From sequence record PV261925.1: 64,000 bases of DNA; one strand, given 5' to 3'. How positions within the stretch are numbered: the stretch's first letter is position 1; each line of letters opens with the position of its first letter. A program made the position numbers and the translations under genes. Below the pieces are notes generated by a model that made no database searches, was not told where the DNA came from, and saw nothing but the letters and a program-made list of their open reading frames with translations. This document shows positions 43,170-51,537 of the stretch, piece after piece.

Positions 43170-43331
43170 TTATTCGTTTACTACAAGACCTGCATACCTG
43201 ATATATTCTTCTCTGGCATCAGCTTCAGTGGTGAATTGTTTTCTTTCTGAAAACTTATCAGTCCACTGTTCTCTACCTTTGTAATATACCTCTTTGTCAC
43301 AGACCAATTTCTTAATAAAAGATGCCATCAT
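43170..43331 (-). CDS. 53-aa hypothetical protein (not in the ORF track)
   Basis: MMASFIKKLVCDKEVYYKGREQWTDKFSERKQFTTEADAREEYIRYAGLVVNE*; ATAAATA at 43351-43357 upstream. Confidence 0.6.
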   Translation of the reverse strand: MMASFIKKLVCDKEVYYKGREQWTDKFSERKQFTTEADAREEYIRYAGLVVNE

Positions 43332-43366
43332 CCTATAAGTGGTTTATGTGTATTTATTTGTATAAA

Positions 43367-44470
43367 TTACCCAATATAGAAAACACTTGCAATAGAAGCT
43401 ATTGTGTTAGCCGTTTGACTTGAACCTGGATACCAAGTAAATGCAAAATCTATTTCATCATCTGCTGTAAGATCAGCGTAAAATATATCAGTAAAGGTCC
43501 AGTGAGTATTACTCGAAGCAGAAGATTCTCCACAATTGTGCCAACGATCGGTAAACACAGAAGGAGTACCTAATGCAGTTCCATTAACTCTTGGTACTAC
43601 TTTCATTGCTCTGATTCTATATGCAGAACTTGCTATCATACCCTCTACAGTGCAATGTAAACGATATCTACCACTAAGTGGTACAACCAGTCTATTGCTA
43701 CTAGTCGTAAACCCACCACGATTGAAAGCAAAAGTATTAAGACCTAAAGTATGAGTAGAACCATCACCACCAGTTATGCTCTGGCTTAATCTGTATATCT
43801 GACACTCTGCATGATTATAAGTCTTGATAACACCACCAGAAAGAATATCCATTCTTTGTGTGTTATTAGTTCCAAAAATTAAACTATTATTTTCATAGTT
43901 CCAAAGATAACCAATACCAGCGTCAGTTTCTGATAAAAGGAGGCCTGCTGCAGCAGTAGAACCAGTTCCAGCATTCTTCAACTCAATTCTAGATTGATTA
44001 TCGGATGTACCACCATAAACAACAAGTGTTTTTGAATTTGGAGTAAGACCAATAGTTGTAGTGCCAATACCAACATCACCACGACTACCGATACGCATTC
44101 GGTCAGTATTACCTGCTCTTAATTTTAAATCATCCCCCTCTGCACCAACACCAACGTAAGCATCTGATGTTGTGGTGTTGTCACTTAATGTCAAATAAGC
44201 GGATTCACCATCATTTCTTTTAACAGATGCCATTAAAGAAGTACCACCACCAGCAACTGTCAGTTTTCTTCCTGGAATGGTTGAACCAATACCGACATTA
44301 CCACTAGTAATGTGCATTCCATTACGACCAGTGATAATACCAATAGAATCTACACTGGTGACATCTTCATAAGTGACCGTACCTGCAATGGATACAGTAT
44401 CATTTACCCCACCAATAGTAATCTTATTACCACTTCTAGGGTTAATATTATTAGTGAGGATATTTGACAT
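43367..44470 (-). CDS. tail-fibre-like virion protein with C1q-like C-terminal domain
   Basis: GNVGIG and ERMRI-type fibre repeats; C-terminal F....n.LVVP.SGRY beta-jelly-roll pattern. Confidence 0.65.
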   Translation of the reverse strand: MSNILTNNINPRSGNKITIGGVNDTVSIAGTVTYEDVTSVDSIGIITGRNGMHITSGNVGIGSTIPGRKLTVAGGGTSLMASVKRNDGESAYLTLSDNTTTSDAYVGVGAEGDDLKLRAGNTDRMRIGSRGDVGIGTTTIGLTPNSKTLVVYGGTSDNQSRIELKNAGTGSTAAAGLLLSETDAGIGYLWNYENNSLIFGTNNTQRMDILSGGVIKTYNHAECQIYRLSQSITGGDGSTHTLGLNTFAFNRGGFTTSSNRLVVPLSGRYRLHCTVEGMIASSAYRIRAMKVVPRVNGTALGTPSVFTDRWHNCGESSASSNTHWTFTDIFYADLTADDEIDFAFTWYPGSSQTANTIASIASVFYIG

Positions 44471-44490
44471 CGATCAAAGATACTTTTCTT

Positions 44491-44982
44491 CTATTTATCA
44501 AGTAATCTCCATCTATATCCCCCTGCAGACTTTCTCTTTCCACTACATGCCATACTTATCATACTGACAGAGACATTAGCAAAATCTGCTGCTTCCTGAA
44601 GACTGTCAAATACTTCTTCTGTATCAATGTTTACAACTGACTTGGCAACAGCTTTAGACAAGATTCTCTTTTTCTCCTCTGAACAAGGAACACCATAAGA
44701 CCCACCATCTCCACCGAGTGTAGCATTATACTCTGGTTTAATTTTATCAATCCAATATATCTCTCTAATTCCCTGGTCTTCTTTACTACACTCTTCTAAT
44801 ACAGCCCAATCGAAGGAATCTCTTCCATATTTGATAAGTGCATTGGGGAATGGGTGATTATATCTCATATTGTTTGCATACCACCAATGGGTGCTCTCTC
44901 GTTGTCTTAAACGTTTATAAGTTGTACGACCGATATACTTTTTTCCATTTACTTTATTGGTCACCTGATAGATATATGCCAT
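44491..44982 (-). CDS. GIY-YIG (Seg-like) putative homing endonuclease with NUMOD-type C-terminus
   Basis: AYIYQVTN.VNGKKYIGRT, REIYWI, YNATLGG, FDSLQEAA...AGGYRW. Confidence 0.88.
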   Translation of the reverse strand: MAYIYQVTNKVNGKKYIGRTTYKRLRQRESTHWWYANNMRYNHPFPNALIKYGRDSFDWAVLEECSKEDQGIREIYWIDKIKPEYNATLGGDGGSYGVPCSEEKKRILSKAVAKSVVNIDTEEVFDSLQEAADFANVSVSMISMACSGKRKSAGGYRWRLLDK

Positions 44983-45004
44983 GACGATTAATTAGCTTCT
45001 TAAC

Positions 45005-45012
45005 TATTTATA
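45005..45012 (-). promoter_or_regulatory. T4-type late promoter TATAAATA
   Basis: Perfect match between the gp23 terminator and the Seg-like gene. Confidence 0.75.
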
Positions 45013-45023
45013 TAATTAAACAT

Positions 45024-45050
45024 AAAAAAAAGACCCCCCGAAGGAGGTCT
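45024..45050 (-). terminator. intrinsic terminator after gp23
   Basis: AGACCTCC-TTCG-GGGGGTCT followed by a T7 tract (UUCG tetraloop). Confidence 0.9.
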
Positions 45051-45073
45051 TGATAATCTGATGAAGCCAAGGC

Positions 45074-46504
45074 CTACATAAGATTTTTGACTGCAACACG
45101 TCTGTAGTAACGGTTGGAGTTAACTCTGAGTCTGCCAAGACCTTGGTCAATACCTTCAGCGAATGGGTTAGCAACGAGACCGTAACGGGTCTTGAAGCCG
45201 ATTTTTGGCTGGAAGGTGTTCTCACCGACGGCACGAACCATCTGGAGAGGAACATAAGGACAATAGAACAGACCAGCGTCATAAGGTGAAGAACCCTTAT
45301 AACCGACGACATAGTACTGGTTACCACCGTTGGTTGCAGCGTTAGCAGCAGACAGGTTAGCAGAATATGGGTCGATGTAGACGCGGAACTTACCGTTGAT
45401 GGTACCAGCGAAGGTGTTGCCGGTGTCGTCAACGTTCAGGTTAGCGTTGAGTGCTGGGGTGTAGTCGAGGATACCAGCCATGGTCAGTGCGGAAGCAACG
45501 TCTGCGGAACACAGAATCATGTTGCCCTTGCCACGACGAGTTCTTTGAGCAATCGCGTTAGCGTCTCTCTCGATCTGGAACAGAAGACCCTTGAACTTCT
45601 CAACAGACCAACGACCGTTGGAGTCAACGTCGAGGTCAAATACACCAGCAGTTGCAGTGTTAGAAACGGCACCTTGCTCAGCAGTCTTATAGATGGTTCT
45701 GATGACTTCGCGGTTGATTTCAGCAAGAATCTCGGTTGAGAGAATGTTTGCCAACTCAGCCTCAGCATTCAGACCATGGATTGCCTTGAGGTCTTGTGCC
45801 AGTTCCAAGGAGTACTCAGCCTTGAGTGCTCTTGACTTAGCGGTTACAGTGACTTTCTCGATCGAGAATGCCATCTGGTTGAAGTGATCGCCAGTACCTG
45901 AACCCAGGTTCTCAGCGTCACCAGTTACCATACCCTGGCCTACGTTGTAGCCAGTGGATGATGCAGAACCAACAGGGTTCAGAACTGATGGGTTAGTGCC
46001 AGACTGTGAGGTTGTACCCAGACCAGCATTAGCATCAGACATGCCTGCGGTCAGGTTGAAGCCGTCATCCTGACCAGAGAATGCGGTATCGACTTCGTTG
46101 TAGAAGGTCTCGGAGCCAGACTGGTTCTCGTAGCGAGATCTCATTGCGAAGATCAGGCCAGTAGGACCGTTCATTGGCTGAACGCCTGCGAGGTCATATG
46201 CGACCAGGTTAGGCATTGCGCGTCTGATCAGGGAGATCAGAACAGGGTCGAAACCAGCGGTAGGACCAGCGGCAGGTGAGTCAGCACCAAAACCACCAGA
46301 TGCACCAGCAGCGTTAGCAGCGTTGGTTGGGGTTTCCATCAGGTTGATACCTGACTGGAATGCTTGCTCCTCACGGAGGAATTTTTCTTGGTTTTCGAGC
46401 AGGACTGCGGTTACAGCTCTTCTGTGAGTGTCCTTGATGGGATCAAGACCTTCATAGTCGAGAAGTGGACTCCACTTTTCCTGCAGATGTTCGGATTGAA
46501 ACAT
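45074..46504 (-). CDS. gp23: major capsid protein (T4 gp23-like)
   Basis: QPMNGPTGLIFAMR, KSRALKAEYSLELAQDLKAIHG, FQPKIGFKTRYG. Confidence 0.98.
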   Translation of the reverse strand: MFQSEHLQEKWSPLLDYEGLDPIKDTHRRAVTAVLLENQEKFLREEQAFQSGINLMETPTNAANAAGASGGFGADSPAAGPTAGFDPVLISLIRRAMPNLVAYDLAGVQPMNGPTGLIFAMRSRYENQSGSETFYNEVDTAFSGQDDGFNLTAGMSDANAGLGTTSQSGTNPSVLNPVGSASSTGYNVGQGMVTGDAENLGSGTGDHFNQMAFSIEKVTVTAKSRALKAEYSLELAQDLKAIHGLNAEAELANILSTEILAEINREVIRTIYKTAEQGAVSNTATAGVFDLDVDSNGRWSVEKFKGLLFQIERDANAIAQRTRRGKGNMILCSADVASALTMAGILDYTPALNANLNVDDTGNTFAGTINGKFRVYIDPYSANLSAANAATNGGNQYYVVGYKGSSPYDAGLFYCPYVPLQMVRAVGENTFQPKIGFKTRYGLVANPFAEGIDQGLGRLRVNSNRYYRRVAVKNLM

Positions 46505-46545
46505 TTGCTTTTACCTAATAGTTGTTGTTTGAATGAATGTTAAAT

Positions 46546-47607
46546 TCACTTTTTGAATGCACCAAGTGCTCTCATGTACTGTTCCATACCTGTAGAGGTA
46601 GGAGCAGGGGTTGAATCTACACTTTCAGAGATTGTCTGAGGTGCTTCAGATTTCGCGGAAGGTGCCTTGGAGAAGTATGACTCCTTCAGGGTCTCCAGCT
46701 TTTCACGATATTCTTCTTCACTTTCAAACTCTACACTTTCAGCAAGTGAAGCGAGCTTCTCTTTCTGGGTCTCAGCAAGACCTTCAGAGACAACTGAAAG
46801 AACGATGTCTGCGGTGGACTCAGCGAGTCTCTTATTCAGACCAATGTTCTTCTCAATCTGCTCATTGAGTTTAGTCTCCATATCATCAAGTTTTTCTACC
46901 ATGCTCTCAAGTACATCATATTTTTCTTCAGGGATAGTTACATAATGTTCTTCAAAAAGACCCTTCATGCCAGACAGGAAGGATTCAGTCATTTCGGTCT
47001 TGAGACCATGTTCGATAGCCAACTCATTCTCGGTCATCCACTCTTCGCAGACATATTCGAGATATGCGTCAACTCTCTCGGTGAGTTCACCCTTAAGGGC
47101 TTGTCTCTCCTCATCCAGACGCTCGGCATACTGGACTTCCAGGGATTCCTGGATTTCTTTGATTTTTGAGGTTAATGCAGCTTCAAAGATGACACGTGCC
47201 TTTTCTTTGAATTCTTCGGAGAGCTCTTCACCACCGAGGAGTGCATTTACGTCCTCTTCGATGTCAACAGTCTCTTCGGTAACTTCTTCGGATTCGGATA
47301 CAATCTCTTCCTCTTCGAGGACTTCCTCTTCGGTTTCGATTTCTTCCTTAGCCATTTTCTTCATTGGATCAGCAGCTTTTGCACCCTTATTAACTACATC
47401 CTTGACAGTAGCGATCTTAGGCTCTCTGAGCTTTGCAGAATCGTTGTCAGGCTTGTAGTTCTCAGGGGTAGGACCACCGAGATCTTCGTAGGAAGTTGAC
47501 AGGCCTTCGCCTGGGCTGGAAAGCTTAGGCATACCTTCAGCAGGTTTAGCGTTCGCGTTCACAGCAGTTTTAGATTGCTCCATTTCTTGTAAATCTCCAC
47601 GAGACAT
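46546..47607 (-). CDS. gp22: prohead core scaffold (T4 gp22-like)
   Basis: Acidic coiled coil; IFEAAL, YLEYV..EW...N, F.EHY; gene order. Confidence 0.92.
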   Translation of the reverse strand: MSRGDLQEMEQSKTAVNANAKPAEGMPKLSSPGEGLSTSYEDLGGPTPENYKPDNDSAKLREPKIATVKDVVNKGAKAADPMKKMAKEEIETEEEVLEEEEIVSESEEVTEETVDIEEDVNALLGGEELSEEFKEKARVIFEAALTSKIKEIQESLEVQYAERLDEERQALKGELTERVDAYLEYVCEEWMTENELAIEHGLKTEMTESFLSGMKGLFEEHYVTIPEEKYDVLESMVEKLDDMETKLNEQIEKNIGLNKRLAESTADIVLSVVSEGLAETQKEKLASLAESVEFESEEEYREKLETLKESYFSKAPSAKSEAPQTISESVDSTPAPTSTGMEQYMRALGAFKK

Positions 47608-47644
47608 TTGAAGTTACTCCGATTAACCTTTTTTAATCTATATT

Positions 47645-47652
47645 TATTTATA
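47645..47652 (-). promoter_or_regulatory. T4-type late promoter TATAAATA (tandem with ATAAATA at 47641-47647)
   Basis: Perfect match upstream of gp22/gp23. Confidence 0.8.
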
Positions 47653-47674
47653 AATTGTATATTTCAATAACTTA

Positions 47675-48325
47675 TCAAAGATTGTTTAAAAAGTTATTGA
47701 ACAGATCAAGTTTCTTCTCATCAAGTTGACCTTGAGTTACAAGAGTGTTGATCTGCTTGTAGGTTTTCTTGGCGGCCTGTTCTCTAAGGATACCACCATC
47801 CCAAACCCACTCTTTTCCTTCCATAATACCTTCAACGAAAGCATCTGGTGCAGAAGGATCAGCAACGATATCAGCAGCAGTTGCTAACATGAAGTCGTCA
47901 CCAACAATGTTTACACCTTCTCTGGTTTGCTTGAGTGACCCAATACCTCTACTAGAAACACCCAATTTAACTCCTTCTCCGATGAGTGACTTCGCAATGT
48001 TACCCATTGGTGTTGATAAGATTTTTGCTTTACCAATGAAATTATTTCCGTCTTCTTTGAGTGAAATAATTTTGTGACTGACGCGATCAAGATTAACAGT
48101 CGGGCCGTCTGGGTGTCCGAGTTCTCCAAGAGCCCTCCCAGAATTAATATGGTTTTCTGTGTATCTTTGGACTTCCTTTCTCAGGCCTTCCATTTGATAC
48201 ATTCTGCCATTACGATTACAGATGTTACCCTGAAGGAAGATACCCTCAATGTACATATGTTTCTTACCGCCCTTCTCTTCGACGATAAAATCAACTGACT
48301 CGATTTCTTCTCTGATTAGTTTCAT
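47675..48325 (-). CDS. gp21: prohead protease (T4 gp21-like)
   Basis: NRNGRMY, GELGHP, GVSSRGIGS, DIVADPSAPDA. Confidence 0.96.
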   Translation of the reverse strand: MKLIREEIESVDFIVEEKGGKKHMYIEGIFLQGNICNRNGRMYQMEGLRKEVQRYTENHINSGRALGELGHPDGPTVNLDRVSHKIISLKEDGNNFIGKAKILSTPMGNIAKSLIGEGVKLGVSSRGIGSLKQTREGVNIVGDDFMLATAADIVADPSAPDAFVEGIMEGKEWVWDGGILREQAAKKTYKQINTLVTQGQLDEKKLDLFNNFLNNL

Positions 48326-48330
48326 TGTTC

Positions 48331-48879
48331 TCAGGATCTTTGTACTTGTTGGATAAAGGCCTTACCTGTTCCAGATTCTGTCTTGACTGCAACTTTGAAA
48401 GACTTTCTCAATGTTGCGTCAGGTGATGTAAATACATCGGTAACAGAACTAGAGTTATAGTTAACAGTAATTCTTGTGCTGAAATAACCACCAACACCAG
48501 AAGTATTGTTGACAGCAGTAACTTCTTGATGCTCAAAGTCAAAGTTAGACTGACCTGAGACTGTAAGTGTAACCATGTCACCTACATCAAATGGGCTTCC
48601 AGTTCCCTGTGGGAAATCAATAGTAGTTGTAGTACCAGTTGTGATACCAACAACTTTCTGTGCGGATACAGGACCAAGAGAAATTTCTGCCGTATCAAAA
48701 GTAGGTACGTAGAAATGCTCGTTGGTTGCAGTAGGGTTTCCACCATACGTGACATAAACACCAGCACTCTCTGCTACAATCCTTAGTGAATCGCATTGCT
48801 GTTGAATTGCACTAGATTGAGTAGAACCAGTGCCAGTGGTTAATGTAGTATTGATCCCTACGGGTCTAGAAGCTGACAT
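48331..48879 (-). CDS. hypothetical virion protein
   Basis: Thr/Ser/Gly-rich beta protein within the head gene cluster. Confidence 0.72.
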   Translation of the reverse strand: MSASRPVGINTTLTTGTGSTQSSAIQQQCDSLRIVAESAGVYVTYGGNPTATNEHFYVPTFDTAEISLGPVSAQKVVGITTGTTTTIDFPQGTGSPFDVGDMVTLTVSGQSNFDFEHQEVTAVNNTSGVGGYFSTRITVNYNSSSVTDVFTSPDATLRKSFKVAVKTESGTGKAFIQQVQRS

Positions 48880-48910
48880 TATGTTTCAATAGTTCTATAA
48901 TACTTATTTA

Positions 48911-49129
48911 TTATTCTTCGGTCTCTTCTTCAGCTTCACCATAAGAAGCTTCAGTTTCGATCTCTTCTTCTGCCTCAACTTCAGGTGCATCAAAGATGGA
49001 TGCTGCTACGTTGGGACGGTTTGCTTCAATCTTTTCTGCACTTTTAGCAAAAAGGATATCCTTGATTTTATCACTAATTTGTGATGAAGACTCGTCGGGA
49101 CTGACGAGCATATCCATAAGTTCGTCCAT
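48911..49129 (-). CDS. small acidic prohead core protein (gp67/gp68 position)
   Basis: Position after the portal gene; acidic tail. Confidence 0.65.
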   Translation of the reverse strand: MDELMDMLVSPDESSSQISDKIKDILFAKSAEKIEANRPNVAASIFDAPEVEAEEEIETEASYGEAEEETEE

Positions 49130-49155
49130 AAAAATAATGTATCTACAATTTGTAT

Positions 49156-50838
49156 TTAGATTTCACCACCAGGAGGATTCTTAGTTGTCCCAGGAGCCTC
49201 TGGATCTTTAGGTGAAGTTGGTGCCTGCATTGGGTCAATTGGTGCACCACCTGCAGGAGGCATACCAGGTGCTGGTGGCATACCTGTCATTGGATCAACC
49301 ATAGCATTAGGATCAGGAATTACACCATTTTCAATTTCCTTCTCAATCAATTCATCCTGTTCAATAATCTCTTCATCAGTCTGACGGAGAATATTTCTTC
49401 TTACATAATCCTGTGAGTAATACTTACCAACATAAGGTTCTGCAAGAGCAGCAAGGTTCAGTCTTTCAGTAGTGAGTTCTGCATTCTTGAGTTCTGCAAA
49501 ATGATTGTCATACAGGAAGTCATACTGAATATGATCTGCCATATACTCCCAATCTTCAGGAGTGACAATATTCTTCAGAATCAATTGTGTTCTCAACATG
49601 TCACTGAACATTGCTGAGAATCTCTTTCTCATTCTACCAACAAACTTGGAGAACTTGATTTCATCTCTCAAGATTTCAGAAGAACGACCCATTGAGAAAC
49701 CAGTGTCACCTTCGATTCTAGTCTCAGGAACATTCAGAGCTCTGTAAAGTTTTCTCTGGAAGTAGTTAATATCAGTAATTTCACCAAGGTTTTGACCACC
49801 AGGAAGTGTAGTAATCTCAGTACCACGACCACCTTCTCTTCTAGGAAGCCAGAAGTCTTCCATCATGGACATAAACTTCTTGTCATCACGCATCTCACCA
49901 GTGTTTGCGTCATAGACCATCTTGTTTCTATAACGCATCATGACATCACGAAGGTATTGTTCTGCCTTTACCTTAGGAAGATTGCCAACGTCAATGTAGA
50001 AAATTCTACGTTCTGGTGCTCTTGAAAGTCTGTAGATAACCAATGAATCCTCAATCATCATCAACTGATTGAGTGGTTTGATTGCCTTATGCATCCAGGA
50101 CAATGTGAGTCCTTTGTTTCTATCTACCAAACCAGAAGTACAATAGGTGACAGAATCACGGGTCATCTTGATACCCTTTTGTGGATTCCCACCATAACCA
50201 GCACGGGATGTTCCCATGTCTGGTGTGTACATGAAGAACTCTTCTACCTCTGGGAAGTTAAATGCAAGATTGTTTGATGCACCAAAGTCATCTCTTGCCT
50301 GTTGAAGACTATCGTTACCTTGTTTCTTTAACTTACGGACATATCTAATCTTAGATGCGTCAATATATCTGAGTTCTTGAATACCTTCTTGAGGATTCTT
50401 TTGGTCGATGACCTTGTTATAGTAGAGTCTTCCGTCAATATACCAGTTACGGAAAATCTCATGTGCCTTCTTATCAAAGTCAAGAAGTTCGAGAATATAA
50501 CTAAACTCTTCTCTTACAATCTTTTTGATTTTATCACTTGCATTCAGATTGGACAGTTCAATCTTTACAGGTGAATCGTTTGTATCAGATACAATTGCTT
50601 CGTTTACAATATCTTCAATCGCACTATCACACTCTGGATAGAGTGCCATCTGTCTATATCTTCTGATGAGATCGGTCTCATTTTTGTAGAGACCCTCAAT
50701 ATCTAAGTTATAACTACCAAAAAACCCACTACTAGCGAAGTTCTCAGATCCATCTTGATTAGAGGGTGGAATCGGAGAGACTACGCCAGAAGGGGTCTTT
50801 TCGCTATCTTCAATTGAAAAACCAAATAATCTGGCCAT
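49156..50838 (-). CDS. gp20: portal protein (T4 gp20-like)
   Basis: WYIDGR, YRLSRAPERRIFYIDVGNLPK, MEDFWLPRREGGRGTEI. Confidence 0.98.
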   Translation of the reverse strand: MARLFGFSIEDSEKTPSGVVSPIPPSNQDGSENFASSGFFGSYNLDIEGLYKNETDLIRRYRQMALYPECDSAIEDIVNEAIVSDTNDSPVKIELSNLNASDKIKKIVREEFSYILELLDFDKKAHEIFRNWYIDGRLYYNKVIDQKNPQEGIQELRYIDASKIRYVRKLKKQGNDSLQQARDDFGASNNLAFNFPEVEEFFMYTPDMGTSRAGYGGNPQKGIKMTRDSVTYCTSGLVDRNKGLTLSWMHKAIKPLNQLMMIEDSLVIYRLSRAPERRIFYIDVGNLPKVKAEQYLRDVMMRYRNKMVYDANTGEMRDDKKFMSMMEDFWLPRREGGRGTEITTLPGGQNLGEITDINYFQRKLYRALNVPETRIEGDTGFSMGRSSEILRDEIKFSKFVGRMRKRFSAMFSDMLRTQLILKNIVTPEDWEYMADHIQYDFLYDNHFAELKNAELTTERLNLAALAEPYVGKYYSQDYVRRNILRQTDEEIIEQDELIEKEIENGVIPDPNAMVDPMTGMPPAPGMPPAGGAPIDPMQAPTSPKDPEAPGTTKNPPGGEI

Positions 50839-50873
50839 TATGATTAAACTAGACTGTCTTGTCTAGTTATTTA

Positions 50874-51506
50874 TCACTCAATCAGAACTTCACCAGCGTT
50901 AGAACCAGTAGACTGCAGTGAGTTGCCGATAGTGAAATACTGAATATCGAATTCAACATCGAAAGTTTCGAGTTGATCACCGTCGTCATAGCTCAGTGCA
51001 ATCTCACTAATTCTGGTTGGGAAGATGTCATAGAACTTGTAAGTTCTCAGGACTGCTGAGTTACCACCTTCATTAGTGGTGGCAAATCTCTCAGCACCTC
51101 TACCCAGTTGAGTGACATATGCATCAGTCATGTAAGATGATGGGTTGGTAACACCAGTTGCATCATCCAGTTTACTGATGGTATTTGCCCATCTTTCAAA
51201 CGCAGTTCTGAGTTGGAAGTCCTCATCATTGATGATTGTAACTGTCCATGCATCAAACGTTCTGTCACCAGCAACCTTCAGATTTCTACCTCTGAAAGGA
51301 ACTTGGAAAGAGCTGGTGTTTGAAGCAGGAAGTTGTGCAGCCTTACAGAGGAACTTGAAAGTTCCATTTTCTGACTGATCACCACTACCCCATGCATCAG
51401 CAATTGCTGATGGGAAGGTAGGAATCGAGACTTCGAATAGGTTGGGGCGGGCCCCACCGCCCGCCAGTCTTGATTTAAATTGTGATAGGGTTTTTGTTTC
51501 TGCCAT
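50874..51506 (-). CDS. gp19: tail tube protein (T4 gp19-like)
   Basis: GGARPNLF, FRGR.LKVAGDRTF..WT.T..ND, DIFP. Confidence 0.95.
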   Translation of the reverse strand: MAETKTLSQFKSRLAGGGARPNLFEVSIPTFPSAIADAWGSGDQSENGTFKFLCKAAQLPASNTSSFQVPFRGRNLKVAGDRTFDAWTVTIINDEDFQLRTAFERWANTISKLDDATGVTNPSSYMTDAYVTQLGRGAERFATTNEGGNSAVLRTYKFYDIFPTRISEIALSYDDGDQLETFDVEFDIQYFTIGNSLQSTGSNAGEVLIE

Positions 51507-51537
51507 TGGTAAATCCTCCTTTTATTATTTACTATAA

